NCBI GenBank assembly: GCA_964016885.1
Contig: OZ024749.1
Coordinates: forward strand, 56,420,001-56,484,000
Direction of reading: 5' to 3'
Origin: Eledone cirrhosa
Taxonomy: Eukaryota
Length of the DNA: 64,000 nucleotides
Shown here one piece after another: positions 29,396-43,954 of this stretch (the first letter of the stretch is position 1; every line of letters begins with the position of its first letter). A model generated the notes under the pieces. That model was not told the DNA's origin, did no database searches, and saw nothing but the letters and a program-made list of their open reading frames with translations. The position numbers and the translations under genes were made by a program.

Positions 29396-31131
29396 TGAGA
29401 GAGGAGAGATAGGAGAAAGGGAGAGAGAGTGAGAGAGAAAGAGAGAGCAAGGGGGAGGAAGATGTTTTTCAGTATTTCTTTCTGTTGTGGGTTTTATAAG
29501 GAGTAGGCACCATTACATTATCTAAGTAAGTGCAGAGAAACATATCAATGATCGATAACCCCAGAGGCAAGTGATAGCAGAGCCCTCTGTAGGATAAAAA
29601 CAGAAGCCAGCTGGAAAGGGAAGAGGTGGGGGATGGGGTGGGGGGAAAGAGAAGACAAAGGGGGTAGAGGAGAACGGGAAAGAGAAGACAAAGAGGATGG
29701 AGGAGAAGACAAAGAGGATGGTGATGATGATGATGATAATGATGAAGGTGGTGGTGGTGGTGGTGAGGAGGAGGAGGAGGAAGAGGGGGAGAGGGGGGGG
29801 TAACAATAGAGATGAGTAGAAGGAGTGGGAGAAAGAGGGTTTATACCAAAACCAAACAATGAACCGGTGCTTCACAAGGAAATATAATGGTAATCGGTGA
29901 AACCAAATACAACAGCTGAGGATCTCTATAACTATATTGAACACTATGTATTGATATCTGATTGATACCTGATATCATTGATTAGGTAAAACACAACAGG
30001 TGAGGGTCTTACAACCATACTGTACCTTATTATTGACACCTGATACAATTCATTAGACAAATAAGTCAAACAAGTGACCCAATGTGATATTAGATTATGC
30101 CAAATAAAGGTGTTCACAATTCACACTAACCCCTTTTGTTACCATATTTCTAATAAAAGACATGGCATGTGTCTTTAACCCCTTTTGTTACCATATTTCT
30201 AATAAAAGACGGTCTGTGATTTTCAAATAATTTTGAAAAATAATCAAGAATTTGGAGGCTTTTAGTAAAATAACCACCTTTTTCATTATTTATTTATAAC
30301 AGTATTTAATAAGGGATAAAAGAGAGCAGGGACCAGGCTTTAAAACCCTGAAAATGATAAATAGAATCAACAAGCAATGTTGACTTTAATAGGGGACAAA
30401 AGAAAATTGGGAGCAGAGGTAAAACCCTGAAAATAATAAATAGAACTTGTCAATAATGTTGAGTTCAATATGGCTTTTTGTTTTACCTGAATCATTATTT
30501 TATACACATAAACAGAATATTTCTGATTAAATAAAGAGAAGGTAGAATAAGATGTAACATTCACACATTTCCCCAAAGGCAATTATTATTAATTAGCCAT
30601 GTAATGAAATATCAGATCTAATTGTAATCAAAATAGGACTATAAACACAATTTGCTTGATAACTTACTTCAGTTCAGTACAGGGGCAGCATTAATTAATA
30701 ATTAACTGAATATAAATTCTATTTTTGTATTTAAATTAAATGACAATCAGGAAACTTATTAGCTCCCCAAAATGACAGAATTTAATGTTATTTATATAGA
30801 TGGTAAGAAAATCATTGTATATATATATGTTTATATATATAATCCTAGTATGTGTATATGTATTTTTTCTTCTAACTTTAATTTTATACCTAATTGTGTA
30901 TGGTTGACGGTATATTTAATCGCTTTCCACGTACTATTGAAATGTTGGGTAAATATTCTATAGCGGTTGATCACGAATAAATTGCTGTCGTTTATTTATC
31001 TACTATTTCTTCATAGGTGCCTTTTAATCTTATAGCCTGGTTTAATTGGTTTTTTGTGTGGTTGATTATGCTAATTGGGAGAGGAAATGGTGTATATATA
31101 TTATCAAATGATTCTATGGACATACTTTATA

Positions 31132-31184
<53 letters not shown>

Positions 31185-31275
31185 GTAGAAATAAACACAG
31201 TAAATAGTATGCTGTTGAGTATTTCTCAATCTCTTAAAGATTGCTAAGAATTCTCAACTATTTCCGAATCATATA

Positions 31276-31432
31276 CGAGGTGTGTCAGAAAAGAAACAGG
31301 ACTGGGGTCACAGTTACATACTCCCTGGATATTACATCACACAGTGACTGAACCTGTTTATCCTAATCTCTACTCCACTCACTCATAACTTAAACAGCAC
31401 ACCAAGTCCTGTTACTTTTCTGACACACCTTG
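31276..31432. mobile_element. mariner-type MITE
   Basis: TA flanks. ~30-bp TIRs cgaggtgtgtcagaaaagaaacaggact / agtcctgttacttttctgacacaccttg. Confidence 0.8.
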
Positions 31433-32049
31433 TATATGGTTTATTATGACAGTATAAGTATGTTGCTGTTCCTGTCTACCTTGACATAGAATCTTAATAT
31501 TTATGTTGAAGCCATATCAGTTACTTGTGAGATACATTATATCGACTCCTTCATAGAAATGTCTTCATAACTATCCTTTCATCTGCCTTAAGTTAATGCA
31601 ATCCATATGATCCACACAGCAGAATATTAAATCTTGAGGCAGCAAAAACATATAGAAGGGGAAAAGAGGAAAAAAAAAAGAAGGTATTTCAAAAGTTTCA
31701 TACGAAACATATGTGTGTGAAACCTACAGAAAAATACACTGCAGAAGAGAAGATAAGTTAGTATAGAGTAGTTGTGGTTGTTGTTGATGTTGATATTGAT
31801 GCTTATCTACAGGTAAGTTTTGAATGAAAAGACCTGAAAGATCGTTGCAGCAATGACCATTAAATCTTATTTTCATGAACATATTGTATCTAGAAGTACA
31901 TTATACAACATGCTTTTCAATTTTTTAACTACTTTGTCATATAATCACCTCGCAATACATCCACCTGGCAAGCAATAGATATATATTCAAGCCATCTCAG
32001 TGACTCTTTTCTTCATTCAGAGTTGCTATTTTATTTCTTATATTCGTAG

Positions 32050-32145
32050 ATAGCAATGGAAAGACCTATGGAGACAATGTTTCATTGGTCTCATTTGATG
32101 AGTTCCACCTCAATGAGGTTTAGGATTTTGTTGATCAATTCCATC
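32050..32145 (+). repeat. Unclassified interspersed repeat (inverted partner at ~56257-56355)
   Basis: agcaatggaaagacc...ttgatcaattccat matches the reverse complement of the 56.3-kb segment. Confidence 0.65.
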
Positions 32146-32338
32146 GATCGATAATGTAATAAAGCTGCTATTTTCTGTTGTACACTAGTGTTTATAATGT
32201 CATAACATTACTATTTTCTCTCATACATTTATACTTATGATGTCATAAAGCTGCTCGCTTTTGTTATAAATTGGTGCTTATGATGTCATAAAGCTGCTAT
32301 TTTCTATATATATATATATATATTTACATGTGTGTATG

Positions 32339-32372
<34 letters not shown>

Positions 32373-33092
32373 TATATGAATGTGTATGTATGTACATATA
32401 TTTATATACATATATATATGAAAGTGTATGTGTGTATATATATATATATATAGATACACATACAAGAGGATAAATGTTATAATGTTATTATCCAATCAAA
32501 GAGATGATTTAAAGTTGATAGATAAGTTGAAAGTAGAAATAGGCTTGATAGCACCAATGTCAATATCAGGAATCAGAGAATCGGAGACGGAATCTGACCA
32601 GAATTGGAATATATAATACCATTGCATTAGATCAATCAACAGTTATAATATATAAACTATTACAACAGTGTCGATATACTCAAGAAATTAGTTTAGAGAC
32701 GGAAAACATTCTTTTATCTGACCGTTGTGAAAAATGTTTCATCACTGAAAGAAACGTCTGTGAGATAAAACTAATGGAACTACATTTCGCTACTAAAAGT
32801 ACTCTTTTCTAACTGCCATTTTCAAACAGAGTTTACAGCACTTTTAAATTGAATTATTTAATCAAAAACTCTCACACACACCACACTGCCTCTCTCTAAC
32901 TTACACACACACACTCTCTCTAACTTACACCAAACACACTCTCTCTAACTTACACCACACACACTCTCTCTCTCTACACACACACACACATATATGTAGA
33001 TATGTAGACAGAGAGATAGCTAGATAGATAGAAAGATAAATCTCTCTCTATATATATATATATATATCGAGAGAGAGCAATATGTGTGTGTG

Positions 33093-33123
<31 letters not shown>

Positions 33124-33754
33124 ATGTATATATATATATATATATCAGTATCAATATATATATATATATCTGTATGTATGTGTATATATATATATTATAT
33201 ATACTTCTCTTTCACCCTTTTTATCCCCCCCCCCCACACACACACACTCTCTCTTCATTCCCCCTCTCTCCCTCATCCATCCTTTAAATAATTAACACTG
33301 TATTTGTTGTGGTAATGAAACAGTAGACAAGACCCAACAACAGACAACAATCAACTCTGCTTATGTAAAACTTCAAAGCAAGTCTCTCAATTTATGTCTT
33401 TCCTTGGGTTTTAGCAATCAATTCCAGTGGTGATGGGCCGGGGGTTGGCGTGTAGGGGTTCAGGGTGGGCAGACTTGGGTTTAGCAATCAATTCTAGTCC
33501 AGGAGCAAGGGCTGGCAAGGGGAGGGAGGAGAAGGAGAGCAAAGATTTTCTAACAATCAATAAACCAAAAAGATAAAACCGTTTCTCAAATAGATAACTT
33601 ACTTATTAAATAAATAAATGCCGTTGGGATCAAAGAAAAATAAGGGTATCCCCCCCTCACACCCATGCAACAGACAGGCAGGTCAATTATTCTTCTCAAG
33701 TATTTATAGTTATAAATATTGTAAAACTTACTGTGAGAAATCATTGGTTACTTA

Positions 33755-33997
33755 TAATAATGGTTTCTGATTTAGGTACAAGGGTAACAATTTGGGGGAG
33801 AGGGGAATGTCAATTGAATCAACTCCAATGTGTTACTGGTACTTTATTTTATCGATCCCATAAGGATGAAAGGCAAAGTTCACCTCGGAGGGATTTGAAC
33901 TCAGAACGTAAAGCGCCGTAACCTAGTCCACGAATCGAACTCACAGCATTATGATCATAAGTCCAACATCTTTACCACTAAGCCACATGTCTCCACG
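33755..33997 (-). mobile_element. SINE family 1 fragment joined to a tRNA-like head of family 2
   Basis: Core at 33830-33905, then gaatcgaactcac...taccactaagccacatgtctcca. Confidence 0.7.
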
Positions 33998-34278
33998 TCT
34001 TCATACAGTTGGTCTTAATGACACAAACACCATTCCAGCAGACACACTCATGTGAAGGGGCCATATTTGTAGTCAGACATCTAAGTCACACATGTTACAA
34101 ATGGTCTAAAAAGATATTTAAATAGCCCCCAAGACAAGACAAACAATACTGTGCCACTCAAGGTGAGAGCTACTTCCTAATACCTGCCCCACATGGAATA
34201 CGGTTCTTTTGTTTGGAGTCGTTCTGGAAGAGAAGAATGGAAGACCTAACGAATGAAGTTCTATTTCAGACCCTTTAA

Positions 34279-34562
34279 CCCTTTACCATTTACATTACTC
34301 TATATTTACTATTATATTTTCATGGTAAAGGCTTTACCTCACATCTGTCTACAGGCTATTTCTTATTAGATGAATTGAGACATGTAGAATTTAATGCTCT
34401 GCTGAGAAACACTGTAAAATGATCTCACATAATATCGAATCTATGAGATTTTGATATTATTTATTTTGAGAACAATACCTCAACATTAGTATGAGTGGCC
34501 GGTTACAGCCAGTTCAGGTGAGATAATTATGGCCAGATATGGCCAGTTTAAATGCTAGACGG
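34279..34562. mobile_element. piggyBac-type MITE, same family in opposite orientation
   Basis: TTAA flanks and degenerate TIRs. Internal atctcacataatatcgaatctatgagattttgatattattta is the reverse complement of the 18.1-kb copy. Confidence 0.8.
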
Positions 34563-35036
34563 TTAAATAAATATACTGCTTCAGCAGACTATTCCAATTA
34601 ATGTTAAAAACTTGCAAGTTTACTCAAATGTTAGGAAAAAAATAGTTTGAAAATCTGAGAGAAAATAAAATGGTAATATTTATTATATACTAAAATAAAA
34701 AAAAAACATTACCTTGTGGGGTGGGGATGTGGTGGAGGAAAGGAACAGAGATCACACTTAAAACCATCTCTAAAATATATTTATGTTTATTTAATGTTTC
34801 GTTTTAATGGTTTTTTTGAGATTTTGGAGTATTTTTGGTTTTTTTCAGAAATAAATAGATGAAAAAAAACTAAATGTAGGGAAAACACATCCCCAAATTT
34901 ATAACTGATTAAGATATTCTTCAAAAATATATTTTATTTATTTGATTGTCTATGTGTGGGAGGGAGAGGTCTTTTTTCTTCTTTTTTTGTGTGTATATAT
35001 AAATGTGTGTGTGTATATATATATATATCTGATGAA

Positions 35037-35094
<58 letters not shown>

Positions 35095-36169
35095 AATATA
35101 TATATATATATTTTTTTTTTTTTCATCAGATAAATTTTCGGATATTTGGTGCTAGTTGTATTTGTGATGCACCGCAGTGCAAATACTGCAGTTACGGACA
35201 AACCAAACAACATCCCAGGAGAGACAAACATGATGCAAAAATATCAACACAGAGAGAAAGATAAAAAGAGAAGGAAACAGTCAAAATGACAATGATGATG
35301 ACAGTGGTAGTGGTGGTGGTGATAGTAGCTGGTGGTGGTGGTGGTGGTGATGGTGGTGATAGTGGTAGTGGTGGTGGTGTCTACTGGTGATAGTAGCTGG
35401 AGGAGGTGGTGGTGGTGGTGGTGGTGTCTACTGGTGATAGTAGCTGGAGGAGGTGGTGGTGGTGGTGATAGTAGCTGGTGGAGGTGGTAGAGGAGGTGGT
35501 GGTGGTGGTGATAGTAGCTGGTGGAGGTGGTGGTGGTGGTGGTGTTGGCAGAGGTCAGTGTTCCATTAGGAGGATTGGTTTTCTCACCCAGAAATCTGAG
35601 ATAAACACAGCACACTGAATGGACATTCCATTAGAGTGATTGTTATTAATTTTAATCTAAGCACTTACAACACTCTCCCATGTCAGGATTATGTTGAGCT
35701 GTACATGCTACATCAAAAACTGTCTCTTGTCCATATCTACTACAATAGATTCATTTCATTCCATTCAATTTACTGATTCTAATTTCAAGTGAAGGGGAGG
35801 AGGTGGGGGGTAAGGGGTAAGTGGGCGGGGAAGGGGGAAGACGGGGGGGGGTATAGAAACAGTAAGGGTTAGCAGTAAGTTTTATCTTTAAACTTTTAAT
35901 TATGTATATGTATAAAACATACACACAAATATACACACACATATATATATATACATACACACACACACACAAGCATACATAAAGACACAGAAATACACAC
36001 ACACACACACACAAATACACAGACACACACACACACAATTTACCTCTTCTATTTTCTAGTGAGGGGTGGGCGTGTAAGGGTGGAATAGAAACTGCAAGGG
36101 TAAGCACTAAGTTTATCTTTAAACTTTTACTTATATGTATAAAACCTACACACTAACACACGCAAACAT

Positions 36170-36223
<54 letters not shown>

Positions 36224-37417
36224 GACATATAGCATGTTTTCTCTTCATCTATCTCTATATCTATATCAATTTACCAATATATTCTCTGCTACTCTGGACC
36301 AGAGAATATAAAGTGATTCCTTTTTATGCCAGAATAGTTTAATAACTTTCAAAATTCAGTACAGACCATTCTACCCTTCCATACCCTCCAACCACTACCT
36401 CACAACCACCACCTCACAACAACCACCACCTTGCAACAATCACCACTACCTTAACACCACCACCACTACCTGGCAACCACCACCACTACCTGACAACCAC
36501 CACCACCACCTTTTCACAACCACCACTACCACCTTACAACCACCACCACCACCTCACAACCAATCACTATCCCTGCTATACCCTCCCTCCAAACACCACC
36601 AGCACCACCTCACAACCACCACAACCTCACAACAACCACCACTACCTTACAATCACCACCTCACAACCAACATCCCTACCATACGCTCCTATCTAAACAG
36701 AAAAACAATCAACTGATATTGTTCTATCGATCTATCTATCTACCTATCTATTTATCTATCTATCTATCTATCTATCTATGTCCCCTTTCTTGTTGCGCCC
36801 TTGTGGCTAATAAAGAAATCTATCTATCTATCTATCTATCTATCTGTCTATCTATCCATTCAGTCCATCCTTTATCAGATGTAGAGTGAATTATAATATT
36901 AAAATAACAGTGATTTCTTCATAATTATAATAATTGTTTCTACTTTTGGCACAAGGCCAGCAATTATCCCAGTGTATTACTGGTACTTTTTTTTATCAAG
37001 CCCGTAAAGTTACAAACATACATATATACATACATCCATCCATCCATCCATACATACATACATGTAGATACATATAAATATACATACACACACACACATA
37101 TATATATATATATATGGGTATGTATGTATATGTATGTGTGCATATACATACATTTTATACACAGACACAGACGTGTCTGTGTATAAAAGAGATGTTCAAG
37201 AGAGATCTATTAGTAGGATCAGGAACCAATTCAACCAGTAGGGAACAAATATATGGGTTCAATCACTCACAAATCAATATAGATAAAAAGAAAATAAACA
37301 AAACAGGTGGAAAAAATATATATATGATGTCCAGATGAAATATCAAAAAGTATCCCTAAACCAAATTACTCCATATCTGAAATGAGATGAGACTGTCACC
37401 TTATATATATATATATA

Positions 37418-37519
37418 CAGGGTGTCCCCAAAAAATATATACACACTTCAACAGCATTCTAAACAATATTGCCTGCACAGGTAATCAAAGTGTGTATACA
37501 TTTTTCTGCAAACACCCTG
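37418..37519. mobile_element. Tc1/mariner-type MITE, copy 1 (~102 bp)
   Basis: TA|cagggtgt...acaccctg|TA with imperfect ~30-bp TIRs. Confidence 0.82.
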
Positions 37520-37576
37520 TATGTATATATACATATCTATATATATATAGAAAGGTGGACGTAAAATATATATATA

Positions 37577-37677
37577 CAGGGTGCCCCAAAAAATTGTATA
37601 CACACTTCAACAACATTCTAATAGTATTGCCTATACAGATAATGAAAGTGTGTGTACATTTTTGGGGGGACACCCTG
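37577..37677. mobile_element. Tc1/mariner-type MITE, copy 2 (~101 bp)
   Basis: TA|cagggtgcccc...gggacaccctg|TA, homologous to copy 1. Confidence 0.82.
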
Positions 37678-38218
37678 TATGTATATATGGTGGTTGAAAG
37701 GGTTTACCTCTATAGCTAATGTACTTTTGATATGGGAGTCACAGAACCATGTTCCAACAGAGTACAGATGGACACCAGACTAATTGATTTTAGTGCTGGT
37801 CTCATTCATTGATCAATTGATCAGTTGATAAAGAGTAGTGTGGGAGGTTGTGGTGGTGGTGGTGGTTGTGGTGGTGGTGTTGGTGGTAGTAGTAGTGGTA
37901 GTTGTGATGGTGGTGGTTGTGGTGGGTGGTGGTGGTGGTGGTGGTGGTAGTAGTGGTGGTTGTGATGGTGGTGGTAGTGGTGGTGGTGGTGGTGGTGTTG
38001 GTGTTGGTGGTAGTAGTAGTGGTGGTTGTGATGGTAGTGGTGGTGCTGGTGGTGGTTTAGGGACTGCTGATGGTGTTGGGTTTAGAATGAAACAAAATAA
38101 GGACAGGTTTAGTCTCAGAGGGGTTCGTTTGTTCTTTAATGTCACATCTTCTCATGTGTACCTCACTACTGCAGCACATTAGACCTGAATAAAAAACTAA
38201 GCAGAATCAGAAACTAAA

Positions 38219-38304
<86 letters not shown>

Positions 38305-38411
38305 TGAAGTTGGTGGCTCACCACTGGATAGAACTGGTCATTCTGTTTAGTTAACCATGATGTAATTGTAGGAAAAGCACTCAATCTGGCCTCCTGCCAC
38401 ATTATTCAATA

Positions 38412-38446
<35 letters not shown>

Positions 38447-38460
38447 GAAAAAAATGTGAC

Positions 38461-38540
38461 CCCCGACGGCAGAGCTCAAGCCGTTTCGACGGCTATTTCC
38501 GGAAATAGCCATCGAAACGGCTTGAGCTCTGCCGTCGGGG
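38461..38540. repeat. 80-bp spacerless GC-rich palindrome
   Basis: Centred on ttcc|ggaa (38500/38501) with one mismatch. Imperfect pairing extends to about 38445-38556. Confidence 0.92.
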
Positions 38541-38897
38541 TCATACTTTTTCCTATTTCCCACTCTACTACCCTAAGTATTGAGTACTCTGGTGTGCTAT
38601 GGTCCATCTGGTTCCTTACCACAATTCCTTTGTTATATATATATCATCATCAACAACATCACCATTTAACGTCCATTTTTTTATGCTAGCATAAGTTGTA
38701 TAGTTGTAAGACATGCCAGATCAGATGACCACATCTTGCTCAAATAGAACTGATTCTGGGCTGGTTTCTATGGCTGGATACCCTTTCAAATACCAACCAC
38801 ATTTACAGAGTGTACTAGGTGCTGTTTGTGACGATGGCAGAGCCCATCTCCTGCTCAGATCTGAATACAGCAGAGAGAGAGAGAGAGAGAATAGAAG

Positions 38898-39047
38898 TAA
38901 GGAAGAATCAACCCCAGTACATGTCTGGTACTATTTTTATCGACCTTCAATGGATGAATGGCAAAGTTGACCTGAATTGAGAGAGTCAAAAATGAATACC
39001 GCAGAGCATTCTATCCAAACTTCTGACAACTTTACCAATTCACCGCC
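38898..39047 (-). mobile_element. Old diverged SINE family 1 copy
   Basis: ctggtactatttttatcgaccttcaatggatgaatggcaaagttgacc. Confidence 0.65.
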
Positions 39048-39622
39048 ATTGATTGTGCAACATGCTGACACAAAATGACAGGAATTCATAATCACCATCA
39101 TCATCATTGTCATCATCGTCATCATAACCATTGTCATCATCATTATCATTATCGTCATCACCATCATCATCATCGTCGTCATAATCACCATCACCATCAT
39201 CACCATCACCATCACCATCACCATCACCATCATCATCATCACCATCATCATCATCGTCGTCATCATCATTATCACTATCATCATCATTATCGTCATCATC
39301 ACCACCACCACCATCATCACCACCACCACCATCATCACCATCATCATCATCATCATCATCATCATTAACAAACAAATAATTTAGAGAACAGAAATAACAA
39401 ATAAGAAATGTTCTATTCTAACAGAAGTGCCTCAAAGGTAAACAGTGGAAGAGGTACCTGAGACAGCAAATTTCCTGTCAGATAATATAATACAAAAGTA
39501 AAACAAAAAAAAGAAGAAAAATTGTAAAAAGAATGTAGAACAAAAACGTTTTTGTTGGTGTTATTATTGTTGTTGTTCTTCTTCTGACCTAAAGAATAAG
39601 AGATCTTTGATTAAGCAACCAC

Positions 39623-39653
<31 letters not shown>

Positions 39654-39763
39654 AGTAGAGAAAGGTTGTTTATGATAGAAGCTGTGTATCTCTTTATTCC
39701 ATATCAAAATAACACCTTCTATTGATTCTATCAAAGAAGCTAACTGCTAGAAAAGTATATATA

Positions 39764-39820
<57 letters not shown>

Positions 39821-39886
39821 ATCTGTGTAATGAATGTAAAAGGGGGTGTGTTTGTATGCATGTGCGGAAGCAAAAATGTTTGTATG

Positions 39887-39950
<64 letters not shown>

Positions 39951-40051
39951 TACATATATATATATATACACACATATATATATATACACACATATATATA
40001 TTATATATAATATACATATAATATATATATAATATACATATAATATATATC

Positions 40052-40115
<64 letters not shown>

Positions 40116-40950
40116 TATATATGAAGTAACAAACATGCTTTAAAATATTAAAAGTATATTGAAACTCATATTGCTGATCTATTTATTGTCTCGTCAGCAT
40201 CAATCAGTTGTTTAGCAATTTGTATGCAGAGACTGTCTCAGTATTGATTGGCCTGTAAATAGCAACAAACAACAAGTACACAGCACGTGATAGGGGGGGG
40301 GGGGGTATAAACACAAAAACATATTTAGTGTTTTGGAACTGTGTTGGGTTGCAGCTTTGGTTTATTATTTTTTTACCTTCAGTATAAAGTACTGCTATCA
40401 GCAACAACAACAACAAATGTGACAATGGTTGTCTTGATAATGGTGGTGGTGGTGGTGGTGGTGGTGGCGGTGGTGGTGGCAGTGGTGGTGGCAGTGGTGG
40501 TGGTAGTGGTGGTGGTGGTGGTGGTGGTGGTGGTGGCAGTGGTGGTGGTGATGGTGGTGGTGGTGGTAGTGGTGGTAGTGGTGGTGGTGGTAGTGGTGGT
40601 GGTGGTGGCAGTGGTGGTGGTGGTGCTGGCAGTGGTGGTGGTGGTGGTGGCAGTGGTGGTGGTGGTGGCAGTGGTGGTGGTGGTGGTGGCAGTGGTGGTG
40701 GCGGTGGTGGTGGTAGTAGTAGTGGTGGTAGTAGTAGTGGTGGTGGTAGTAGTGGTGGTGGTGGTGGTAGTGGTGGTGGTGGCAGTGGTGGTGGTGGTGC
40801 TGGCAGTGGTGGTGGTGGCAGTGGTGGTGGTGGTGGTGGTGGCAGTGGTGGTGGTAGCGGTGGTGGTGGTGGTGGTGGTGGCGGTGGTGGTGGTGGTGGT
40901 GGCAGTGGTGGTGGCGGTGATGGTAGGTAATAAGGTTGATGGTGGTGGAA

Positions 40951-41134
40951 TAATAATTGTTTCTACTTTTGGCACAAGGCCGGCAATTATCCCAGTGTAT
41001 TACTGGTACTTTATATTATCGACCCTGTAAGGATGAAAGGCAAAGTTAACCTCGGCGGGATTTGAACTCAGACCATAAAGGGCCGTAACTCTTTGCTGCA
41101 AAACATGGCGTCCGACTCTCTACAGATACTGCCA
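40951..41134 (-). mobile_element. SINE family 1
   Basis: Near-consensus core, B-box and partial head. The tail runs into a (GTG)n array. Confidence 0.85.
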
Positions 41135-41677
41135 GATAATAATAGTGATGAGGAGGAGGAGGAGAAGAAGGGACAGTGGTGGTCAAAATGATGATGGTGA
41201 TGATGATGAGGAGGAGGTGGAGAGGAGGAGGTTTATGTGACAGGAGTGTTATTGCTCTAGGGTTCAAACACAGGTTTTCTTTGATATTGTCATAGCTACT
41301 GAAGAAACCAGGTCATTCAGTTATTACTGGGGTTATTTCAGTGCTAGGTAGGAGATGGTCATGATAATATTTGGCAATAATATCCCAACATAGAGTAGAC
41401 ATTTTTATTGATCTCTATTGATTGGGTTTTGTTATTGTCACCTCTATTTTCTTTGCTACTATTGGATTTCCTTTTTTTTTTCTATCAGTATTGATTGATA
41501 AACCTGTTGCAATACATGTATTATATTCTATTTATTATTGACTATGTGGTGACCAATGTAGATTTGGTGCAACTGACTATTAGCACGGTTCTTACTGCTC
41601 TATGGTCTTATATCTAAAGGTTTCTTACTTTTTCTGTCTGATTTGATTGTTATTTATATATATAGAGAGAGAGAGCT

Positions 41678-41955
41678 AAATGAGATCGAGATCGTGTAGG
41701 AGTCACGAGAAAAAAACACACTGTAAATTCCACACTGTAATGTGGCCATGTAGGTAACACGGTAAAAAGTTCCCAGTTCCACACTGTAAATGTGGTTGGT
41801 GTTAGGAAGGGCATCCAGCCGTAGAAAACCTGCCAGATAGTCCTATATGAGCGAGACATGGTCACCCGACCAACCTTGCCTCAAGTGGGACAACTCCCGT
41901 GTAACCCATGCTAGTGTGGAAAATGAACGTTAAATGAAGATGATGATGATGATGA
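41678..41955 (+). mobile_element. RTE-tail element homologous to the 3' region of the LINE at 49.6-49.9 kb
   Basis: Collinear match from aaatgagatcg through to the gatgatgat tail. Confidence 0.8.
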
Positions 41956-42839
41956 TTGAAAAAGAACTCACAACATTAAGTTCTTGTCTGAATATGTCAC
42001 TATCTGTAAACCAACTTTTGTATTATATCTGATGAGAACGTACCAAAGTTTTGGTACCCTTGAAATATATATAATAAAATAAATATGGTTTTATAAAGAT
42101 AGCTTCCATTTATTAATATTATTGATATATATATATATTATAATAATAATAATAATGATTTCTTTATTGGCCACAAGGGCTGACATCAACAAAAACATTA
42201 CAGATGGCACAGGACGGTACGATGTGGGTTTTGTGCGTGTAAATATTTTTATTAATTAGATAAGAAAAGAAAAAAAACATAGAAACATATATATATATAA
42301 ACAATAAAAATGAAAATTGAAACAATGAAAAATTCCCCAATAGGGGACAAGGATGATTTGTTAAGCCTTCATTATGTTTATTGATGGGTGACATGCGTTT
42401 CGCTATTGATCAGTTCAAGGGTTCGATCTGTGAACCTAAACCTCGAGTGCTCACCTGGGAGAACCTACAATAACTTCATGTTACACTCCCTGGATATATA
42501 TATGTGTGTGTGTTTGTGTGTGTGTATCATCATAAACAAAAAGATGATGATGGTTACAGATGAAACTGCTTTGATCATGACAATATGTCTGATCAGAGCA
42601 GACCTGAGACAACATATCAATAGTCCCTCTTCCAAGATACAAAAGACCTCACCTATAACGTACACCTTATGTTAGGATACAACAAATACAAAACCTTCCC
42701 ATAAACTCAATCAAAAATAAACAAACAAACATTATATTTAATTGATTTTCTAACAATTAACTTCTCACCTGATTAGATCAATAAAATCTAACAATTCCAA
42801 TTACAGAAGAATTCTAAAAGGTTTCTCAGGTATAAAACA

Positions 42840-43950
42840 ACAACAAAACAACAACACCACCAAACATCAAACACTACCACCACCAATTAACAAAACAACA
42901 ACACCACTACCAACAAACAACAACAACAACACCAAACAACAATACCAAACACCAAACAAACAACACCAAATACCACCACCACCAAACAACAACACCACAA
43001 CCAACACCACCGCCACCAAACACCACCACCACCAAACAACAACACCACTATCACTACCAAACAACAACACGAACACCACCACCACCACCAAACGACAGCA
43101 ACACCAAACACCACCACCAAACAACACCACCACCAGTACCAAACAACAACAACACCACAACCAACACCACCACCACCACAACCAACAGCACCTCCACCAC
43201 CACCAAACAACGACAACAACACCAACACCAAACACCACCACCACCCACCACAACAAACACCACCACCACCACCACAACCAACAGCACCTCCACCTCCACC
43301 ACCACCAAACAACGACAACAACACCACCACCAAACAACACCACCACCACCCACCACAACCAACACCACCACCACCACAACCAACAGCACCTCCACCACCA
43401 CCACCACCAAACAACGACAACAACACCAAACACCACCACCACCCACCACAACCAACACCACCACCACCACCACAACCAACAGCACATGCACCACCACCAC
43501 CAAACAACGACAACAACACCACCACCAAACAACACCACCACCACCCACCACAACCAACACCACCACCACCACAACCAACAGCACCTCCACCACCACCACC
43601 ACCAAACAACGACAACAACACCAAACACCACCACCACCCACCACAACCAACACCACCACCACCACCACAACCAACAGCACATGCACCACCACCACCAAAC
43701 AACGACAACAACACCACCACCAAACAACACCACCACCACCCACCACAACCAACACCACCACCACCACAACCAACAGCACCTCCACCACCACCACCACCAA
43801 ACAACGACAACAACACCAAACACCACCACCACCCACCACAACCAACACCACCACCACCACCACAACCAACAGCACATCCACCACCACCACCAAACAACGA
43901 CAACAACACCAACACCAAACACCACCACCAACTCCACCACCATCACTACC
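42840..43950. repeat. CAC/CAA-rich compound array with ~180-200-bp higher-order periodicity
   Basis: Recurring aaccaacagcacctccacc / aaacaacgacaacaacacc blocks. Confidence 0.88.
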
Positions 43951-43954
43951 AAAC

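Noticed and set aside
29820-29944. Peptide HRFIVWFWYKP resembling IFT80 TRFIVWYYP
   Set aside because: It is out of exon order (it would have to lie below 9271), the flanking residues do not match, and there are no suitable splice sites. Treated as chance.
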